64,000 bases of DNA from Nitrospirota bacterium (GTDB taxonomy: Bacteria; Nitrospirota; JACRHJ01), in contig JAJYJM010000001.1 in NCBI GenBank assembly GCA_021789495.1, forward strand, positions 89,004 through 153,003, given 5' to 3'. Made by a program: the position numbers and the translations under genes. The notes beneath the pieces were generated by a model. It was not told the origin of the DNA. It made no database searches and saw nothing but the letters and a program-made list of their open reading frames with translations. Below are positions 18,734 to 26,524 of the stretch, piece by piece. Each line of letters opens with the position of its first letter. Positions within the stretch are counted from its first letter, which is position 1.

Positions 18734-19287
18734 GCCGCATCCTTTCCGGCCTCAAGCCTGGCGATTATTCCTTCGAGAAATTTTATCTCCGCCGCCGAGT
18801 GGGCGAGGTAATGCTCCGGAATAAAAAGGAAATTTTCCGGCGCGCGTTTTGAGACAAGCTCCTCCCTGAACCTCTCCGCTTCGGCATGATATTCCTTAAG
18901 TCTTACACGGAGTTCCCGTATCTGGGCAAGAAAACTGCCACGGTCGGATTCCCGGAGGAAGTAAAAAGAGATGTCGAGCGCCAGGTGCGGACGCTCGAAA
19001 TTCGTAATGTTTTCCTGGATTAAGCTGTCGAAAGTCCTGACGCCCTCGTCGGTAATGTGGTATATCTGCTTTTCGGGATGCGCGGTGTCCTTGAGGGCGC
19101 TTTTGGTTACAAGGCCGCGTTTTTCAAGGGTTTTCAGGTTATGATAGAGGGAGCCGGAGGTGATGGGCGCCACATGGACGAGTTCCTCGTCCACAAGTTG
19201 CTTTATCTCGTAGCCATACATGGGCTTTTTCTTGAGAAGACCAAGAATAAGCACCTCTTTCGACATGGTCGTATAGAGACCGGCCAC
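18730..19287 (-). CDS. PadR family transcriptional regulator
   Basis: ILGLLKKKPMYGYEIKQLV...HNLKTLEKRGLV winged-helix signature. GTG start at 19287 with a GGGGGA RBS. An alternative ATG at 19266 is possible. First gene of the co-directional cluster. Confidence 0.8.
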   Translation of the reverse strand: MAGLYTTMSKEVLILGLLKKKPMYGYEIKQLVDEELVHVAPITSGSLYHNLKTLEKRGLVTKSALKDTAHPEKQIYHITDEGVRTFDSLIQENITNFERPHLALDISFYFLRESDRGSFLAQIRELRVRLKEYHAEAERFREELVSKRAPENFLFIPEHYLAHSAAEIKFLEGIIARLEAGKDAA

Positions 19288-19346
19288 CTCATCCCCCTTT
19301 CGTGAAGTATTACGGCTTAAAATAGTTCATGTAAAATAGTCTGCGT

Positions 19347-19375
19347 ATAATATCAGGCAAAATCCGGCATGTCAA
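19347..19375 (-). promoter_or_regulatory. sigma70-like promoter (TTGACA -17 nt- TATTAT) upstream of padR and the cluster
   Basis: Minus-strand TTGACA at 19375-19370, a 17-nt spacer, TATTAT at 19352-19347. About 55 nt upstream of the padR start. Confidence 0.5.
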
Positions 19376-19527
19376 GAGGAAGAGAGCATTAAAAAACACA
19401 CCTTCCCCGCGCCCGTTTTTTGCCCCGAAAATGCCCTAAAACGGCCCGTTTTTGAGCCGTTTTCGGTACCGGGGAAAAATTACTATTTAATCGTCTTTTT
19501 ACTTTAATAATCAGCAGGTTTTGAAGG

Positions 19528-19612
19528 CAATCCGGAACAGCTATTGATAATGAACTTTCCCGACCGATGAGGTTTACTCCTGGGCGTTCGATTTGCGATA
19601 TGAGTAAAACGC
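19528..19612. repeat. about 85-bp duplicated non-coding element, copy A
   Basis: About 80% identical to 40725-40805 (caatccggaaNNgctattgaNaatgaactttcccgaccgatgaNNtttactcNtgggcgtt...). Confidence 0.7.
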
Positions 19613-19663
19613 AAAAGCGGATTCTTCGGCGATGCCTCAGAATGACAGGCGCGCCCCCAGTCC

Positions 19664-19701
19664 GTCATTCCCGAACGCCTCAATCGGGAATCCAGGTTTT
19701 T
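19664..19701. repeat. REP/MITE-like repeat (GTCATTCCCG...GGGAATCCAGGTTTT)
   Basis: Shares ends with 9133-9191 and has a shorter internal segment. Confidence 0.6.
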
Positions 19702-19754
19702 GTTTGTCGCTCCGGTTTTGTAATTGCCCCATTTATGGGGCGGGTTTCAAGTCG

Positions 19755-19783
19755 CCGGGTTCCCGCTTTCGCGGGAATGACGG
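19755..19783. repeat. REP-like hairpin repeat (GGGTTCCCGCTTTCGCGGGAATGACGG)
   Basis: 27-mer nearly identical to 34035-34061. CCCGC-TTTC-GCGGG hairpin. Confidence 0.65.
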
Positions 19784-19789
19784 ACATGG

Positions 19790-20983
19790 CTACGACAGCG
19801 CGGCTACCGCCTTCTCTATCCTGCTGAGGCCCTTTTCGATGGCTGCCATCGAAGTCGCGTAGGACAGGCGGATGTAGTCGTCCGCACCGAACGCATCGCC
19901 GGAGACCACGGCCACCTTCGCCTCTTCAAGGAGATACGCAGCCATGTCGGAGGAGCCTTTTATCTCCTTGCCGTTGAACTTCCTGCCGTAAAGCGGCGAC
20001 ACGCGCGGGAATGCGTAGAACGCGCCGACAGGCATCGGGCACGACACTCCGGGTATGGAGTTCAGGCGCTCGACGATATACTTCCGGCGCTTGTCGAACT
20101 CCGCGACCATAGGGGCAAGGAAGTCCTGCGGGCCGTTCAGGGCCTCGACGGCGGCCTTCTGCGTGATGGAGCAGGGATTGGACGTGCTCTGGGACTGTAT
20201 ATTCGTCATGGCGCCGATGACATCCTTCGGCCCGGCGGCATAGCCCAGCCGCCAGCCGGTCATGGCGTGGGACTTGGAAAGTCCGTTGATCGTTATGGTA
20301 AGCTCTTCAATATCCCTGCCGAGAGACGCGATGCTCACGTGTCTGAAGCCGTCGTAGATAATCTTCTCGTAAATCTCGTCCGAGATTACCATGACCTTGT
20401 GTTTGACCGCAACCTCCGCGATGGCCTGAAGCGCCTCTTTCGGGTAGCCCAGGCCGGTGGGGTTCGACGGGCTGTTGAGGATAAGCGCCTTTGTCCTTGG
20501 CGTAATCGCCTTCTCGAACGCCTCCGCCGTGAGGACGAAAGACTCTTCTTCGCGTGTTTGCACTATTACGGGTTTTGCGTCATTCAGGATGACCTGGTCG
20601 GGATACGAGACCCAGTACGGGGCGGGTATTATTACCTCGTCTCCGGGGCCGTAGAGTGCCTGGGCGACGTTATAGAGCGAGTGTTTCGCGCCTGTCGAGA
20701 CGATTATGCGGGAGCGGTCGTAGGTTATGCCGTTGTCTTTTTTAAGCTTGTTTATTATCGCGTCTTTTAGTTCATCCGTGCCGCCGACGGGGGTATATTT
20801 CGTAAAGCCGCTCTTCAGGGCCTTTATCGCGGCCTCTTTTATATTCTCAGGAGTGTCGAAATCCGGTTCTCCCGCGCCGAAACCGACGACGTCTATGCCT
20901 TCCGCCTTCATCGCCTTCGCCCTCGCGTCCACCGCAAGCGTGGGAGATGGTTTAATACCCTTTACGCGCTGTGCAAGAGACAT
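19790..20983 (-). CDS. aspC: aspartate/aromatic aminotransferase (PLP-dependent, class I)
   Basis: 397 aa. The N-terminus VKGIKPSPTLAVDARAKAMKAEGIDVVGFGAGEPDFDTP is a classic AspC signature. GGAGG RBS. Confidence 0.85.
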   Translation of the reverse strand: MSLAQRVKGIKPSPTLAVDARAKAMKAEGIDVVGFGAGEPDFDTPENIKEAAIKALKSGFTKYTPVGGTDELKDAIINKLKKDNGITYDRSRIIVSTGAKHSLYNVAQALYGPGDEVIIPAPYWVSYPDQVILNDAKPVIVQTREEESFVLTAEAFEKAITPRTKALILNSPSNPTGLGYPKEALQAIAEVAVKHKVMVISDEIYEKIIYDGFRHVSIASLGRDIEELTITINGLSKSHAMTGWRLGYAAGPKDVIGAMTNIQSQSTSNPCSITQKAAVEALNGPQDFLAPMVAEFDKRRKYIVERLNSIPGVSCPMPVGAFYAFPRVSPLYGRKFNGKEIKGSSDMAAYLLEEAKVAVVSGDAFGADDYIRLSYATSMAAIEKGLSRIEKAVAALS

Positions 20984-21020
20984 TTTAAATCCCTCCTTAT
21001 TTATTTATCCCCTCTCCCTA

Positions 21021-21082
21021 CCCTCTCCCACAAGGGGCGAGGGTTAAATCATTTCACCCCTCTCCCGCTACTGGGAGAGGGG
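21021..21082. repeat. GC-rich palindromic repeats (CCCTCTCCCACAAGGGGCGAGGG; CCCCTCTCCCGCTACTGGGAGAGGGG)
   Basis: The first unit is the reverse complement of 34071-34093. The second is a perfect-arm palindrome that overlaps the last about 9 codons of cbiC. Confidence 0.65.
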
Positions 21083-21713
21083 ATGGGGGAGAGGGCTTAT
21101 TCGCCAATTTTATTATCGCATTCACAATCGCAGCCGCGACGGGAGTGCCGCCCTTTACGCCGCGATTTGTAATAAACGGAACCTCGCTAACGCCTTCCAG
21201 GGCCTCCTTGGACTCCGCCGCGCCCACGAAGCCCACCGGCACGCCCACAATTAGCGCGGGCCGCGCGCCGCCTTGCACCAGCTTTATAATCTCGAAAAGC
21301 GCCGTCGGGGCGTTGCCGATTGCCACGATGGAGCCGTCTATAAGGCCGAGTTTTGCCGCCTTACTCATGCCCGCCGAGGAACGCGTAACGCCGTTTTCGC
21401 GTGCGGACTCCTTCACGTCATCGTCCGAGACGAAACATATCGCTTCCGCGCCGCCCGGCCTGTTTTTCGTTATGCCCGCGCGCAGCATGTTGACGTCGGT
21501 TATTATTTTGCAGGACGAGGCGATAGCGGATATGCCGGAGGAAAGCGAGCCTTGCGAGAAGATTATCGTATCGGCGAAATCCGGGTCGGCTGTGGCGTGG
21601 ACGGCGCGCTTGACTACTTCCTTCTCCGGCCCGTCAAGGCCCTTGCCGGAGAGAAGCGTTTCTATGATTTCAAAGCTCCTGGACTCTATAGAACGCGGAT
21701 CGGAGGGCAATTG
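21054..21713 (-). CDS. cbiC: precorrin-8X methylmutase (CbiC/CobH)
   Basis: SIESRSFEIIE...GNAPTALFE...VGVPVGFVGAAESKE match CbiC. The 361-aa ORF-track entry has a spurious low-complexity N-terminal extension overlapping exbD, so the start is estimated at about 21713 with no ATG seen. Confidence 0.7.
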   Translation of the reverse strand, partial: QLPSDPRSIESRSFEIIETLLSGKGLDGPEKEVVKRAVHATADPDFADTIIFSQGSLSSGISAIASSCKIITDVNMLRAGITKNRPGGAEAICFVSDDDVKESARENGVTRSSAGMSKAAKLGLIDGSIVAIGNAPTALFEIIKLVQGGARPALIVGVPVGFVGAAESKEALEGVSEVPFITNRGVKGGTPVAAAIVNAIIKLANKPSPPSPLPVAGEG

Positions 21714-21718
21714 CAATC

Positions 21719-22147
21719 CTACTGGGCCCCTTCTTTCCCGCGCTCGGTGGCGATGGCGAGCTTCAGTGCTCCGGCCTGTTTCGCCACGTCCAGGATTTTC
21801 ACGACCTCGCCCTCCATGACGGTCCTGTCGGCCTTTATGACGACCGTCTTGTCCGGGCTTGTCGCCATGCGGGAGGTAAGGAGGCCTTTTAAGTCGTCGA
21901 TGCTTACCTGCGCCCTGTTCAGGTAGATTACGTCCGGCGGCGCAATGGACACGACCGTCGTCTGCGTCTCCTGCGGCTGAGCCGTTACGGCCTTCGGGAG
22001 CTTTATCTTGAAGGCGTTGTTCATCATAAGCGGAGTCGTGACCATGAATATGACCAGGAGCACCATCACGACGTCCGTAAGCGGAGTGATGTTGATGTCC
22101 GACATTATCCTTGTCTTGCTGGTCCTGGTAATGCCCCACCGCCTCAT
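21719..22147 (-). CDS. exbD: ExbD/TolR biopolymer transport protein
   Basis: 142 aa, INITPLTDVVMVLLVIFMV single transmembrane helix. Adjacent to an ExbB-like gene. Confidence 0.8.
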   Translation of the reverse strand: MRRWGITRTSKTRIMSDINITPLTDVVMVLLVIFMVTTPLMMNNAFKIKLPKAVTAQPQETQTTVVSIAPPDVIYLNRAQVSIDDLKGLLTSRMATSPDKTVVIKADRTVMEGEVVKILDVAKQAGALKLAIATERGKEGAQ

Positions 22148-22148
22148 A

Positions 22149-22778
22149 TTATGCCTTCCTCTCCAGGAGCATGTCCACGGCCTCGGAGGCCGTCGTCTCC
22201 ATCTCGGAAACCATTCTGTTGACGCGGTGCGTGTAGTAGTTGAACATTATGACCGCCGGGACGGCGACGAAAAGTCCGGACGCCGTGGCCACGAGCGCCT
22301 CGGCTATGCCGTTGGCGACGACCATCGGGCCGCCTCCGCCCGTCGAGAGTGAGAGGTCGTGGAACGCCCGGATGATGCCGATGACCGTGCCGAAGAGTCC
22401 TACGAACGGCGTGACGCTGCCTGTGGTGCCGATAATGCCCAGGTTTTTCTCAAGGTGCAGGGTCTCCTTCATCGCGGCCTTCTCCATGGATTCGCCCATG
22501 GCCTCCTCGCCGTGATGGAAGGAGTGCAGGCCGGCCTTTACGATTGTCGCAAGGGACGTGGTGGAAGCTTCGCAGAGATCTATCGCCTCGGAGACGTTGC
22601 CGGAGCGCAGTATCTTTTTGAGTTTTTTCAAGAACTCCGACTTCCCCTTCTCCGCCTTGTGGAACACCCATCCTCGTTCCAGCATTACCGCGACCGAAAG
22701 AATGGAAAAACCGGCGAGGACTATCATTGTCCAGCCGCCTTTCGACAGGAGCTGGAAGAAACTTAGTTCCTGAAACAT
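22149..22778 (-). CDS. exbB: MotA/TolQ/ExbB proton channel family protein
   Basis: 209 aa, three transmembrane helices, C-terminal signature GLFGTVIGIIRAF. Confidence 0.8.
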   Translation of the reverse strand: MFQELSFFQLLSKGGWTMIVLAGFSILSVAVMLERGWVFHKAEKGKSEFLKKLKKILRSGNVSEAIDLCEASTTSLATIVKAGLHSFHHGEEAMGESMEKAAMKETLHLEKNLGIIGTTGSVTPFVGLFGTVIGIIRAFHDLSLSTGGGGPMVVANGIAEALVATASGLFVAVPAVIMFNYYTHRVNRMVSEMETTASEAVDMLLERKA

Positions 22779-22804
22779 CGCGTCAAGACCTCCATGTTCT
22801 TAAG

Positions 22805-23071
22805 TTATTTTGAATTTTTCAGAACGAATTCGGCAAGGGCGTTTATGGAAGCGAACGCCTCCCGCCCTACCGCCTCGTCCGGAACCTGAACACCGAATTC
22901 CTGCTCCAGACCCACGACGAGCTCCAGGGCGTCGATGGAATCAAGACCCAGACCTTCGCCGAAAAGCGGCGCGTTGTCGTCTATGCCGTCCGGTTCCATC
23001 TGGAGCTTAAGCCTCTGGATTATCAATTTTTTAAGCCTGTCCTTTACACCCAGCAACTCCACTTCCTGCAT
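22805..23071 (-). CDS. acyl carrier protein
   Basis: 88 aa. LGLDSIDALELVVGLEQEFG has the DSL phosphopantetheine site. Confidence 0.8.
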   Translation of the reverse strand: MQEVELLGVKDRLKKLIIQRLKLQMEPDGIDDNAPLFGEGLGLDSIDALELVVGLEQEFGVQVPDEAVGREAFASINALAEFVLKNSK

Positions 23072-23155
23072 TACGCCCTTGCCTCCTCGATCTATAGAAA
23101 AACGAGAGTTTATTGTATTACCGGCGGCATAATCTTGTCAAGTCAAAGTTATACC

Positions 23156-23824
23156 CTACCACAGGAAGCTCCGAAGAAACATTATGCAGATGCGGTATGT
23201 GTCCGGAACCGTCCTGAAATGGCTTTTTTTAAGCGCCTCTTCGCTGTAGATCGTCCGGACAGGGACGCTTTTTATCTTAAATCCCATCATCCCCGCCCGC
23301 ATAAGCATCTCCGATTCCGCCTCGAAACCGTCGGAGCGAACCTTCATAACCCGCAGGAGTTCCGCCATGTATATCCGGAAGCCGGACTGGGAGTCAAGGA
23401 GCCGGTTCCTCGCCCTCCAGGATATGCACTTCACGCCGACCATGTTCGCCCAGTACCGGGCGGGCGGAATTTTATCCTTCTCCGAGAGCCGCGCGCCTAT
23501 GACAATCCCGAAGCCGGGCGATGCGGCGGAGAGAAGCTTCGGTATCTCGTCCGGGTCGTGCTGGCCGTCCGCATCCAGGGTCAGGACGGCGTCGCTTCCA
23601 TTTTCGAGAGCATATCCGAAACCGGTCTTCAGCGCCGCGCCCTTCCCCATGTTGCGCGGATGGGAGATTACCCTGGCGCCCGCCCCGGATGCCTCGTCCG
23701 CCGTATTGTCGGCGCTGCCGTCGTTCACAACCAGCACCTCCGGGAGATATTTCAAAGCCTTGCCGACCACACGCCCTACCGACCCCTGCGCGTCGTACGC
23801 CGGTATCAACCCCATTACCTTCAA
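23156..23824 (-). CDS. glycosyltransferase family 2 (polyprenyl-phosphate sugar transferase-like)
   Basis: VVNDGSADNT motif, DAD motif, 222 aa. Confidence 0.75.
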   Translation of the reverse strand: MKVMGLIPAYDAQGSVGRVVGKALKYLPEVLVVNDGSADNTADEASGAGARVISHPRNMGKGAALKTGFGYALENGSDAVLTLDADGQHDPDEIPKLLSAASPGFGIVIGARLSEKDKIPPARYWANMVGVKCISWRARNRLLDSQSGFRIYMAELLRVMKVRSDGFEAESEMLMRAGMMGFKIKSVPVRTIYSEEALKKSHFRTVPDTYRICIMFLRSFLW

Positions 23825-24483
23825 GGAATATCGCCCCTGATGTGTCTCACCGCCTCTTCCAGTATCTCGTCCCGGTTGGCCTCGGTTATCGTAAGGAGAT
23901 GCACGTCAAGGCGCGCCTTTATCTCCTCGACGAATGGCGGGCCTTCAGCCGGGACGGTGGCAATAAGCGGCTTTTCCCCTTCCAGAGCCGCGGCGGCTAT
24001 CTGCATAAAATGGGCTGATAGAAGCTCCATCCTGCCTATCTCGTCCATGACCACGATGTCGTCATGGGCGAGCGCGTGCTCGACGGACTTCACGCCGATA
24101 TTTTCGAGGTCTTCCATGTTCACGGTATACTTCCCGACTTTCTGACGGCCGGGGATCTTCTCGTGCGCGAGAATTCCCTCGCGTTTGTCGAGCGTGATTA
24201 TCTTAAATCCCTTCCGCTCGCCGTGCTCCCTTATCTCGCGGGTGAGAAAACCGCCGAGCTTCATGTCCTGAAGCTTCGTTACAAGCCGTTCGACGAGCGT
24301 AGTCTTGCCGGAGCCGGGCGCTCCCTGTATGATTACCTTTATCCCCTTTTTGCCGGGGTAGTCCTTTATGCTTACGTCGCGCGAGAACTCCGGACAGCGG
24401 GAAGGGTCCGCCATGCTGAACTGCTTGTTGCACGTCTGTCTCCATGCGCATATCACGCAGGAGGGTTTCACGCCGCTTGCCAT
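23821..24483 (-). CDS. P-loop NTPase (THEP1/NTPase_1-like) with N-terminal Cys-rich (zinc-ribbon-like) extension
   Basis: IIQGAPGSGKTTLVERL Walker A and DEIGRMEL Walker B-like motifs. N-terminal CVICAWRQTC...RCPEF. Confidence 0.5.
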   Translation of the reverse strand: MASGVKPSCVICAWRQTCNKQFSMADPSRCPEFSRDVSIKDYPGKKGIKVIIQGAPGSGKTTLVERLVTKLQDMKLGGFLTREIREHGERKGFKIITLDKREGILAHEKIPGRQKVGKYTVNMEDLENIGVKSVEHALAHDDIVVMDEIGRMELLSAHFMQIAAAALEGEKPLIATVPAEGPPFVEEIKARLDVHLLTITEANRDEILEEAVRHIRGDIP

Positions 24484-24561
24484 GCCTTCTCCTTATAGGA
24501 ACGCCGATATTACTTACTTTATGTTCCGGATAAGTCCGCCCCTGCTGTTGACGATAGCCGT

Positions 24562-24762
24562 CTATCTCCTCGTAAGGGACTTCACGAACCGTTCGTAGGA
24601 GCGGTCATACGACCTCTCGTCCTCAGGGCTGAAAAAACAGCCCGGCAGTTCCCCGGACTTCCTGTGATAGGAAACGCACTCGCAGCACATGCCCTTGCGC
24701 GGGCAGGGTTCATAAGTGCATGTGCATTTGGATTTGTTTTTTTCGGCGTTGCATTCGCGCAT
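24562..24762 (-). CDS. small Cys-rich protein of unknown function
   Basis: C-x-C-x-Y-x2-C-x6-CCEC-x2-YH-x8-C pattern. Start reset to the internal Met (24762) so it does not overlap the SBP gene stop. Confidence 0.35.
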   Translation of the reverse strand: MRECNAEKNKSKCTCTYEPCPRKGMCCECVSYHRKSGELPGCFFSPEDERSYDRSYERFVKSLTRR

Positions 24763-24767
24763 ATCTT

Positions 24768-25883
24768 TCACCTTGTCACCTGGACGAACTTGCCGTTTTC
24801 GACTTCCCACATGACGTAGCGGGCGTTTTCGTTGTCGCCGTTTTTGCTGAACTTGATTTTACCAAGCGGCGTGTCGAAGGTGTTTTTATGCAGATAGCCC
24901 GCAAGGACTTTGCCGTCCGTGGACTTCGTGTCGTTTATGGCCTGAAGCATGATGTCCGCCGCGACATAGGCATAAATGGAATATGGCCCCGGCTCGCCGT
25001 ATTTCGCTCTGTATCCGGCGAGGAAACCCTTCGCGCCCGGTATGCTGGACGGGTCGGGCGTAAATGTCACGTAAAAGCCGTTCGCGTCGTCTCCGGCTAT
25101 GTCGATGAGCTTCCGGTCCATCGCTCCGTCCCCGCCGACGAATATCGCATTCAACCCTATTTCGTGCGCCTGCTTCACGAGAAGACCCGCCTCCGGATAC
25201 ATGCCTCCAAAGTATATCACTTCCGGGTTCGTGTTCTTGATGCTGGCCAGGACGCTTTTGAAGTCCTTGTCGCCCTGGATGATGCTGCCGTCGTATACAA
25301 CCTTCGACTGCTGAGGGAGGTTCTTTTTAAACTCGTCCGTTATCCCCTGGCCGTAGGTAGTCCTGTCGTTTATGACGGCGATCTGCGTCTTCTTTAAAAC
25401 TCCGGTTACGAAATCCGCCGCGACCTTTCCTTGCTGGTCGTCCCTTCCGCATACGCGGAATGTGTTCCAGTAGCCCTGGTCGGTAAACTGCGGCTCCGTC
25501 GTGGACGGGCTTATCATCAGTATGTCTCCGTCCATGTAAATCTTGGACGCCGGAATCGAGCACGACGAATTGAAGTGTCCGATAAGGCCCGCTATGCCTT
25601 CGTTCGTGAGCTTGTCGGCCACGGACACGGCCTGCTTGGGGTCGTGCTGGTCGTCCTCCAGGAGCACCTCCACCTTCTTGCCCATCACGCCGCCCTTGGC
25701 CATCCACTCGTCAACTGCCATGCCGACGCCGTTTTTGAAGTCCACGCCGTAGCGGCTCTGGTCTCCGGTCATCGGTCCGGCGACGCCGATTTTTATGACG
25801 TTCTTCCCGCCGCCTTTTGAACAGCCGGAAATCAGAAGAACGGCAGCCGAAAGCGATACGAGAAATATCATTAACCAGCGCAT
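24768..25883 (-). CDS. ABC transporter substrate-binding protein (branched-chain amino acid LivJ/LivK-like), lipoprotein
   Basis: Lipobox LISGCS. IGVAGPMTGDQSRYG is typical of the Leu/Ile/Val-binding protein family. Confidence 0.8.
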   Translation of the reverse strand: MRWLMIFLVSLSAAVLLISGCSKGGGKNVIKIGVAGPMTGDQSRYGVDFKNGVGMAVDEWMAKGGVMGKKVEVLLEDDQHDPKQAVSVADKLTNEGIAGLIGHFNSSCSIPASKIYMDGDILMISPSTTEPQFTDQGYWNTFRVCGRDDQQGKVAADFVTGVLKKTQIAVINDRTTYGQGITDEFKKNLPQQSKVVYDGSIIQGDKDFKSVLASIKNTNPEVIYFGGMYPEAGLLVKQAHEIGLNAIFVGGDGAMDRKLIDIAGDDANGFYVTFTPDPSSIPGAKGFLAGYRAKYGEPGPYSIYAYVAADIMLQAINDTKSTDGKVLAGYLHKNTFDTPLGKIKFSKNGDNENARYVMWEVENGKFVQVTR

Positions 25884-26524
25884 CAGAACCTCCCGTCAAA
25901 TAATTCCACGAACCTTCTCGTCGTGTCCGCCGCGTCTTTCGCCCCGGATATTGCGGATATTACCGCCACGGCGTCAGCTCCGGCCTTAACGACCTCACGC
26001 GCGTTATCCAGTTTTATGCCGCCGATGGCGACAATCGGAATTTTTATTTTCTCCCTGATGTGTCGTATCGCGCCCGGCCCCTTTACCTCACCGGCGTCTT
26101 TTGTCCCGGTCTTGAATATCGGCCCGAAACCGATATAGTCCGCGCCGCCTGCCTGGGCCGCACGGGCTTCTTCGAGCGAGTGCGTCGATATGCCGATTAT
26201 CAGCCTGCCTCCGGCAATCTTTCGCGCCTTCGAGAGCGGCAGGTCGCCCTGCCCCAGGTGTATACCGTCGGCATCGCAGGCGAGCGCGGTTTCGAGGTCG
26301 TCGTTTACGATAAATACCGCGAGACCTCTCGTAATCTCCCGAAGCCTGAATGCCGTTTCGCGGAACTCGCCCGCGGGAAGCGACTTGTCCCGGAACTGTA
26401 TCAGCCTCGCTCCGCCGGCAATCGCATCCCGGACAATCTCCTCGTGCCCCCTCGCCCCGCGCGCCTCAGTTATGACATACAGGCCCCGGACTGCTCCCGC
26501 GGGCCGCGCGGGCTGGCCGTTCAT
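25883..26524 (-). CDS. thiE: thiamine-phosphate synthase
   Basis: LYVITEARG...[11 protein letters not shown]...[14 protein letters not shown]...IVAIGGI. Start taken at the internal ATG 26524, which forms an ATGA overlap with the accC stop. The N-terminal 97 aa of the ORF-track entry are spurious. Confidence 0.8.
   Translation of the reverse strand: MNGQPARPAGAVRGLYVITEARGARGHEEIVRDAIAGGARLIQFRDKSLPAGEFRETAFRLREITRGLAVFIVNDDLETALACDADGIHLGQGDLPLSKARKIAGGRLIIGISTHSLEEARAAQAGGADYIGFGPIFKTGTKDAGEVKGPGAIRHIREKIKIPIVAIGGIKLDNAREVVKAGADAVAVISAISGAKDAADTTRRFVELFDGRF

Noticed and set aside
231-19790. Integrative element or prophage at the tRNA-Phe locus
   Set aside because: I found no integrase, recombinase or transposase, and no duplicated tRNA 3'-end (att) sequence at the distal border. 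GC content is similar to the rest of the window. I treat it as a tRNA-adjacent cluster and not as a demonstrable island.
21054-22139. 361-aa ORF-track entry for cbiC
   Set aside because: Only the C-terminal approximately 215 aa match CbiC. The N-terminal part is His/Arg/Gly-rich junk in a frame overlapping exbD, so I shortened it to about 21054-21713.
23135-24145. 336-aa plus-strand ORF
   Set aside because: Antisense to both the GT2 and NTPase genes. Arg/Pro-rich shadow ORF.
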